Shown here: positions 26,533 through 32,000 of the stretch, piece by piece
How positions within the stretch are numbered: position 1 is the stretch's first letter
Layout: each line of letters opens with the position of its first letter
Assembly: GCA_965140555.1 (NCBI GenBank)
Contig: OZ223259.1
Location: 876,058 to 908,057 of the forward strand
Reading direction: 5' to 3'
DNA from: Vallitaleaceae bacterium
Lineage (GTDB): Bacteria; Bacillota; Clostridia; Lachnospirales; Vallitaleaceae
DNA: 32,000 nucleotides
Made by a program: the position numbers and the translations under genes
Notes under the pieces: model-generated
Seen by the model: only the letters and a program-made list of their open reading frames with translations
Databases searched by the model: none
What the model was told of the DNA's origin: nothing

Positions 26533-26617
26533 TTATCAAGTTATAGTTTTTTATTAGATTTAGGTCGTGGCTAATGTATCGATTCCTTCAGTACATGACC
26601 GATAATGGAGGTTCACA

Positions 26618-28234
26618 GTGTTAAGTGTAAATAATGTCAGTTTAAGATTCAGTGATAAACAACTTTTTAAAGATGTTAATCTGAAATTCACCCACGGTAA
26701 CTGTTACGGTATTATTGGTGCAAATGGTGCCGGAAAATCAACATTCCTTCGTATCTTATCCGAAGAAATCGAACCCAATACAGGTGATATTGCCATTACA
26801 CCCGGCGAACGATTAGCTGTATTGAAACAAGATCACTTCCAATTTGATGAAGAAACCGTTATGGACACTGTCATTATGGGTCATGACCGCCTTTATCAAA
26901 TTATTCATGAGAAGGAAGCATTATACGCCAAAGAAGACTTTACCGAAGAAGACGGTATTAAGTCGGCTGAACTCGAAGCAGAATTTGCGGAATTAAATGG
27001 ATGGGATGCAGAATATGACGCTGAGAAATTGCTCATAGGATTAGATATTCCCAAAGATATGCATACATTGAAAGTCGGTGATTTAAACGGTTCCGACAAA
27101 GTCAAAGTATTACTTGCTCAAGCCTTATTTGGTAATCCACACATTTTATTATTGGATGAGCCTACAAACCATCTTGACTTTAAGACCATTATGTGGCTTG
27201 AAGATTTTCTCATTGATTACCCCAACACTGTTATCGTTGTTTCCCATGACCGTCACTTTTTGAACAATGTCTGTACACATATTGTGGATATTGATTTCCA
27301 AAAAGCCAATATGTATGTCGGTAACTACGACTTCTGGTATGAGTCCAGTCAATTAATGGCCCGTATGGCATCCGATCAAAACAAAAAAGCAGAAGAAAAA
27401 ATTAATGAATTAAAGGCTTTTATTGCCCGCTTTAGCTCCAATGCATCGAAAGCCAGACAGGCAACTTCTCGAAAGAAAATGCTTGATAAAATTAAAATAG
27501 AAGATATAAAACCCTCATCACGACGTTATCCTTTCGTCAACTTTGCTTCTGAGCGAGAAGTCGGCAAAGAGATTCTACGTGTGGAAGGATTATCTAAGAC
27601 CATCGATGGTGTTAAAGTTCTTAACAACATTACGTTCACCTTAAATCATAACGATAAAGTCGTTGTATTAAGCCGTAATGAATTAGCACGTACGACATTA
27701 TTCAAAATTCTCATGGGCGAAATGGAACCGGATGAAGGTGAATATAATTGGGGTGTTACCACAACGGTTGCCTATTTGCCAAAAGATAACAGTGAATACT
27801 TTGAGGATTGCCATATGAACCTTGTGGATTGGCTCCGTCAATACTCCAAGGAAAAAGATGAATCGTTCATTCGTGGATTTTTAGGTAAAATGCTATTCAG
27901 CGGTGAAGAAGCCCTCAAAGACGCTTCCGTCTTATCCGGTGGAGAAAAGGTTCGGTGTATGCTATCAAAAATGATGCTCTCCGGCGCCAATGTTGTTATA
28001 CTAGATGAACCTACAAACCACCTTGACTTAGAATCCATACAAGCTGTCAATGACGGTCTTATTGCATTCAAAGGAAATATTCTCTTTTCCTCACATGACC
28101 ATCGTTTTATAGAGACTATTGCAAACCGTGTATTCGAAATTACACCAAATGGTCTTGTCGATCGTTTATCAACCTTTGATGAATATCTAGAGAATGAAGC
28201 GCTTCAAGAAGAAGTTAATAAAATGTACGAATAA
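26618..28234 (+). CDS. ABC-F family ATPase (YdiF/YbiT-like translation-associated type, no TM domain)
   Basis: Two ABC cassettes (GIIGANGAGKST...LLLDEPTNHLD; LSGGEKVRCML...VILDEPTNHLD) are joined by a charged linker (QNKKAEEKINELKAFIARFSSNASKARQATSRKK). GTG start with GGAGG 6 nt upstream. From memory, the N-terminus is very close to B. subtilis YdiF. Confidence 0.88.
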   Translation: MLSVNNVSLRFSDKQLFKDVNLKFTHGNCYGIIGANGAGKSTFLRILSEEIEPNTGDIAITPGERLAVLKQDHFQFDEETVMDTVIMGHDRLYQIIHEKEALYAKEDFTEEDGIKSAELEAEFAELNGWDAEYDAEKLLIGLDIPKDMHTLKVGDLNGSDKVKVLLAQALFGNPHILLLDEPTNHLDFKTIMWLEDFLIDYPNTVIVVSHDRHFLNNVCTHIVDIDFQKANMYVGNYDFWYESSQLMARMASDQNKKAEEKINELKAFIARFSSNASKARQATSRKKMLDKIKIEDIKPSSRRYPFVNFASEREVGKEILRVEGLSKTIDGVKVLNNITFTLNHNDKVVVLSRNELARTTLFKILMGEMEPDEGEYNWGVTTTVAYLPKDNSEYFEDCHMNLVDWLRQYSKEKDESFIRGFLGKMLFSGEEALKDASVLSGGEKVRCMLSKMMLSGANVVILDEPTNHLDLESIQAVNDGLIAFKGNILFSSHDHRFIETIANRVFEITPNGLVDRLSTFDEYLENEALQEEVNKMYE

Positions 28235-28250
28235 ACCCTTTTCTAAAACT

Positions 28251-28302
28251 AAAAGGCGGTTACATCGGCAATATATAGTTGCCGACGTAACCGCCTTTTT
28301 TC
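28251..28302. terminator. Bidirectional Rho-independent terminator between the convergent ABC-F and acnA genes
   Basis: An 18-bp stem with one mismatch (AGGCGGTTACATCGGCAA 28254-28271 pairing with TTGCCGACGTAACCGCCT 28279-28296). T6 follows on the plus strand and a T-rich tract follows on the minus strand. Confidence 0.85.
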
Positions 28303-28307
28303 TATTT

Positions 28308-30983
28308 CTATTCGTTCACTGCAATCATATCCAAAAGAACTTTATTCAATATTCCTCCGGACAGATAGTAGTCTATATCAACAGCACTGTCTAAACGTAC
28401 TTTCACAGGTACCTTTTGATTTGTACCATCTTTATGGGTAACAAGAACAGTTGCCAGTCCCATAGGTTTTAGCGGTTCTAAATCAACAACCGAGAAACTC
28501 TCATAACCTGTCAGACCCAATGTTTCCATGGTATCTCCTTCTAAAAACTCTAAAGGTAAAACACCCATTCCTACAAGATTACTTCTATGAATGCGTTCGT
28601 AACTTTCTGCTATAACGGCTTTGACGCCTAATAATGTAGTCCCCTTAGCCGCCCAATCTCTAGAACTTCCTGTCCCATACTCTTTACCTGCAAGCACAAC
28701 AAGAGGAATACCTTCTTGCTTATACTCCATGGCTGCATCATACACTGCAAGTACCGGTTCATTTTCACCTTTTGATGTATAGCCACCTTCTTGACCGTGA
28801 GCCAATCGATTACGAATTCGAATATTGGCAAAGGTTCCTCGCATCATGACCTCATGATTCCCTCGACGAGAACCATAAGAGTTGAAAGAATATACAGGAA
28901 CGCCCATTTCTTTCAAATAACGCCCTGCCGGACTATCTTCTTTTATTGCACCTGCCGGTGAGATATGATCCGTTGTAATAGAATTCCCAAGAGCCAAAAG
29001 GGCTTTTGCACTCAATACGGACTCAGCCTTCTGTTTCTTCTCCAACGTCGTGAAAAACTCCGGTTCACGTATATAGGTTGATGTCTCTTCCCAAGGGTAA
29101 AGCAGACTATCCGTTATATCGATGGCATTCCATTTACTATTGGCGGATTCCACATTTTTATATCGTTCTTCAAACATGGTATCTGTCACGGTCGTCTTAA
29201 CAACATTATATAAGTCTTCCTTCTTAGGCCATAAATCTTTTAAGAACACTTCCTGTCCATCTTTATCCACACCTAAGGCTTCCGTTTCAAAATCAATGTC
29301 TACACGACCGGCCAACGCATAAGCGACCACTAACATAGGTGATGCCAAGTAATTTGCTTTAATGTGCTGATGAATACGTCCCTCAAAATTTCTGTTACCA
29401 CTTAATACCGACGCCGCAACCAAATCGTTATCCACAATAGCTTTTGTAACATCGTCTGCTAAAGGTCCGCTATTACCGATACATGTCGCACATCCATAGC
29501 CAGCGACATGAAATCCTAAAGCTTCAAGAGGCTTCATAACCTCAGCCGCATTAAGATAATCCGTTACGACTTGTGAACCCGGTGTCAAACTGGTTTTTAC
29601 ATAATCCGGAACGGTTAACCCGCGCTTTACTGCTTCCTTCGCAATTAAACCCGCACCGATCATAACTGACGGATTCGATGTATTCGTACAGCTAGTTATC
29701 GCTGCCAATACAAGGGATCCATGGGTTAAGGCACCCTTTTGAGATGTTTCCTTATCTACCTCTGCCGTTGCCACACCATATCCGCCATCTGCTACCGGTT
29801 TCTTAAGGCAGTCATAAAAGGTGTCTTTCATAGAAGACATGGGAATTCGATCTTGTGGACGCTTGGGTCCTGCAAGGCTAGGTTCTACTTGGCTTAACTC
29901 AATGTGGATATGTTTGCTAAAGGTAACTTGATCGTCATGTTCTTGACCGTAAAGACCCTGTTTCGTCAAATAAGTCTTAATTAATTGTATATGTTCTTCA
30001 TCCCGACCTGTCAAACGCATATAGTCTAATGTCTCATCATCTACAGGAAAATAGCCCATCGTTGCACCATACTCCGGCGCCATATTCGCAACCGTTGCTC
30101 GGTCCGGTAATGAGATGCGTGTAACACCCTCACCATAGAACTCAACAAACTTACCGACAACTTTTGCTTCACGTAATCGCTCCGTTACTGTCAATGCTAA
30201 ATCTGTAGCTGTGACGCCTTCACTTAAAGCACCTGTCAGCTTAACACCAACAACCTCGGGGGTATTAAAAAACAGCGGTTGTCCTAACATACCGGCTTCT
30301 GCCTCGATACCACCAACACCCCATCCAAGGATACCGATTCCGTTAATCATCGTCGTATGAGAATCCGTTCCGACAAGCGTGTCAGGATATAATACAGCTT
30401 GTCCGTTCTCTGTATTTTTTGTAACAACTGTCGCTAAATATTCCAAATTAACTTGATGAATAATTCCCGTCGCAGGAGGAATAACCCTAAAATTTTCAAA
30501 GGACGATTGTGCCCATTTTAGAAAACGATACCGTTCTTTATTTCTCTCAAACTCTCGGTTTACATTAAACTCAAGAGCACCTGCATGTCCGGCTTCATCC
30601 ACCATCACTGAATGGTCAATAACCAAATCGACAGGCACACGTGGATTAATTTCAGACGGGTCTTTCCCATGACGTTTAAGAGCCTCACGCATAGCAGCCA
30701 AATCAACAACTGCCGGCACTCCGGTAAAATCTTGAAGTACAATACGTGACGGAATAAATCCCACTTCTTGAACATCCTCATTTTTTCCCCAGTGAATCAA
30801 TTGTTCTAAGTGTTTATCATGAATCAATTCACCATCATAATGGCGTAAGGTATTTTCAAGTAGAATCTTAATCGACTTCGGCAAGTGATTAAGGGATTCC
30901 TTTTCATGCACCTTATCTAAGCTGTAATATTGATAGGTCGTATCGCCTATCGTAAGTGTGTCCAACCATTTTGTATTATCCAC
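28308..30983 (-). CDS. acnA: Aconitate hydratase A (IRP-type aconitase)
   Basis: The 891-aa translation has hallmark blocks: VGTDSHTTMINGIGILGWGVGGIEAEA, ITSCTNTSNP, GCATCIGNSGPL, VLSGNRNFEGR, SRDWAAKG. GTG start with AGGAGG 7 nt upstream. Confidence 0.95.
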   Translation of the reverse strand: MDNTKWLDTLTIGDTTYQYYSLDKVHEKESLNHLPKSIKILLENTLRHYDGELIHDKHLEQLIHWGKNEDVQEVGFIPSRIVLQDFTGVPAVVDLAAMREALKRHGKDPSEINPRVPVDLVIDHSVMVDEAGHAGALEFNVNREFERNKERYRFLKWAQSSFENFRVIPPATGIIHQVNLEYLATVVTKNTENGQAVLYPDTLVGTDSHTTMINGIGILGWGVGGIEAEAGMLGQPLFFNTPEVVGVKLTGALSEGVTATDLALTVTERLREAKVVGKFVEFYGEGVTRISLPDRATVANMAPEYGATMGYFPVDDETLDYMRLTGRDEEHIQLIKTYLTKQGLYGQEHDDQVTFSKHIHIELSQVEPSLAGPKRPQDRIPMSSMKDTFYDCLKKPVADGGYGVATAEVDKETSQKGALTHGSLVLAAITSCTNTSNPSVMIGAGLIAKEAVKRGLTVPDYVKTSLTPGSQVVTDYLNAAEVMKPLEALGFHVAGYGCATCIGNSGPLADDVTKAIVDNDLVAASVLSGNRNFEGRIHQHIKANYLASPMLVVAYALAGRVDIDFETEALGVDKDGQEVFLKDLWPKKEDLYNVVKTTVTDTMFEERYKNVESANSKWNAIDITDSLLYPWEETSTYIREPEFFTTLEKKQKAESVLSAKALLALGNSITTDHISPAGAIKEDSPAGRYLKEMGVPVYSFNSYGSRRGNHEVMMRGTFANIRIRNRLAHGQEGGYTSKGENEPVLAVYDAAMEYKQEGIPLVVLAGKEYGTGSSRDWAAKGTTLLGVKAVIAESYERIHRSNLVGMGVLPLEFLEGDTMETLGLTGYESFSVVDLEPLKPMGLATVLVTHKDGTNQKVPVKVRLDSAVDIDYYLSGGILNKVLLDMIAVNE

Positions 30984-30996
30984 TTGTAATCCTCCT

Positions 30997-31311
30997 TTAT
31001 CTAATAAGCCACTGTGCCAAGGTCGCCGTTACTATCGACAGCACTATCGGAACCATCGTTCCTCCAAATCGATAAGCTACTAGTACCCCTACACTAAAAG
31101 CTGTTAAACTAATAAACCAATTATTACCCACACTTGTTATAACTCCCGGGAAAATCAAAGCCCCTAACATAGCATAAGGTACGAATTCAAGAAAGCGTAT
31201 GAGAAAAGCCGGTATTTGGAGTCGGTCCATAATCCAAAAGGGAGCCACTCGTGGGATATACGTAACAAGTAACATCCCCACAATAAGAAAAACATACTGC
31301 TTAACCGTCAA
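30997..31311 (-). CDS. azlD: Branched-chain amino acid transporter subunit AzlD
   Basis: A 104-aa hydrophobic protein (LIVGMLLVTYIPRVAPFWI...). It overlaps the 3' end of azlC by 11 nt, the typical AzlCD arrangement. Confidence 0.8.
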   Translation of the reverse strand: MTVKQYVFLIVGMLLVTYIPRVAPFWIMDRLQIPAFLIRFLEFVPYAMLGALIFPGVITSVGNNWFISLTAFSVGVLVAYRFGGTMVPIVLSIVTATLAQWLIR

Positions 31312-31993
31312 GATTATAACCCCCTCGCTCTTTCCTATGACTTAGTACATACCCGAAGAGTGAAGCACTTAGCATCGCAATTATAAGATTCCACCCGGAT
31401 TCTAATTGCCCGATACTTTCTAAAAGTGTATTCAATCCTCCGGCGCAAATAGCAACCATCAATGGTATCCGATCGCTTTTTATCGATGGAACTAATAAAA
31501 TACCAAAAAGTACATACAATGTAATTCCCATACTTTCTTGAAGAAGAGGCGGCAATAAATCACCCACAAAAAAACCAATCACTGTTGCCACATTCCATGA
31601 CAAATAAGCAGCTCCTTGAATTCCTAGTAACATAGGATGCTCTAACGTCTTATCTAAGGATGTAAGTGCATAGCTCTCATCTGTTACCCAGAAAGCAATT
31701 AGAGGTCTAAATGGCTTTGATTCGGGCTTTAATCGGGATGCAACAGAAGCACTCATAATTAAATGCCGCATATTCATAATCAACGTTGCTATAATAATTT
31801 GAATCAGTGGCATCCCCAATGCAATCCCATTGACTGCCATAAATTGACTTGCGCCTGTATATACGATACTCGATAGTCCAACGGCAACCAGTAACGGTAC
31901 ATCTGAATTTGATGCAACCAAGCCAAAAGCAATACCTACCGGAATATAGCCCATAATAATAGGCGTTGCCTTCATAACACCCTTTTTAATCAA
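31301..31993 (-). CDS. azlC: Branched-chain amino acid transporter subunit AzlC (5' end uncertain, close to the window edge)
   Basis: Polytopic membrane protein with AzlC-like blocks (IIMGYIPVGIAFGL, YTGASQFMAV). The track start is a TTG at 31993. The frame stays open to the window edge, so the true start may lie outside; ATG at M7 is another option. Confidence 0.8.
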   Translation of the reverse strand: MIKKGVMKATPIIMGYIPVGIAFGLVASNSDVPLLVAVGLSSIVYTGASQFMAVNGIALGMPLIQIIIATLIMNMRHLIMSASVASRLKPESKPFRPLIAFWVTDESYALTSLDKTLEHPMLLGIQGAAYLSWNVATVIGFFVGDLLPPLLQESMGITLYVLFGILLVPSIKSDRIPLMVAICAGGLNTLLESIGQLESGWNLIIAMLSASLFGYVLSHRKERGGYNLDG

Positions 31994-32000
31994 TATTCCA

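Noticed and set aside
26533-26617. ABC-F leader hairpin (GGTCGTG...CATGACC, about 26564-26601) as an antibiotic-responsive attenuator of an ARE-type resistance gene
   Set aside because: The protein reads like the housekeeping YdiF/YbiT subfamily rather than Vga/Lsa/Msr/OptrA types. The stem is only 7 bp with a G-U pair, has no following U-run, does not sequester the SD, and I find no leader peptide ORF.
23688-26617. Cobalamin riboswitch controlling the adenosyltransferase/regulator operon
   Set aside because: I could not find a B12-box-like element (consensus around AGYCMGGAGACCKGCC) or the GC-rich conserved helices anywhere in the 472-bp upstream region or between the genes. Regulation by the protein sensor is the better-supported reading.
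114-29322. Short ORFs from the track that lie antisense to, or in alternative frames of, longer genes. Examples: 114-296, 1152-1421, 3114-3308, 5121-5414, 6060-6320, 7538-7997, 8744-8929, 9962-10285, 10304-10558, 11921-12773, 13082-14348, 16353-16562, 17649-18385, 19886-20134, 23417-24192, 24325-24531, 25824-26009, 26905-27352, 27838-28071, 28194-28394, 28628-28831, 29122-29322.
   Set aside because: Each is fully or largely nested in a longer ORF with clear family motifs on the other strand or frame. They lack SD sequences and have low-complexity, Cys/Phe/Leu-rich shadow-ORF composition.
1-32000. Mobile element, prophage, defence island or CRISPR content
   Set aside because: I found no integrase, transposase, recombinase, phage structural or Cas-like translations, no terminal inverted repeats flanking a block, no spaced direct-repeat array, and no tRNA or rRNA-like sequences in the intergenic regions. 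Composition looked uniform by eye.

Overview
Low-GC, gene-dense chromosomal segment that looks like Bacillota, probably Clostridia-like (strong AGGAGG-type SD sites, sigma-A-type TTGACA/TATAAT promoters, glgCD pair). All calls rest on reading the translations and motifs by eye; no searches were run. I count about 29 CDSs, 26 on the minus strand, and found no rRNA, tRNA, CRISPR array, transposase or integrase. Most content is housekeeping or sensory: partial NADH oxidase, an OmpR-type response regulator with an intramembrane-type histidine kinase, a Cache-type chemoreceptor, an SLH-anchored GHL10 glycosidase-like protein, asd, ilvE, cheX, glgD/glgC, a cytoplasmic PAS hybrid histidine kinase, DegV, a SEC-C protein, a DUF1295 membrane protein, a DAK2/DegV fusion, a YdiF/YbiT-like ABC-F ATPase, acnA and azlCD. 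The stand-out is a tightly packed five-gene minus-strand operon (20527-26145). It opens with an XRE-type HTH fused to a CarH-like adenosylcobalamin module; the Wx9EH and ExHxxG-x41-S..-x26-GG motifs are readable directly in the translation. It continues with an aldo/keto reductase, a PduO-type cobalamin adenosyltransferase and two overlapping paralogous MutS-II-like ATPases that lack both a mismatch-binding and an Smr domain. I propose this as a candidate B12/light-gated system of unknown output. Other points: a 49-aa gene missing from the ORF track with its own promoter and terminator, several operator-like palindromes, and several start-codon corrections. Promoters and terminators are by-eye predictions.
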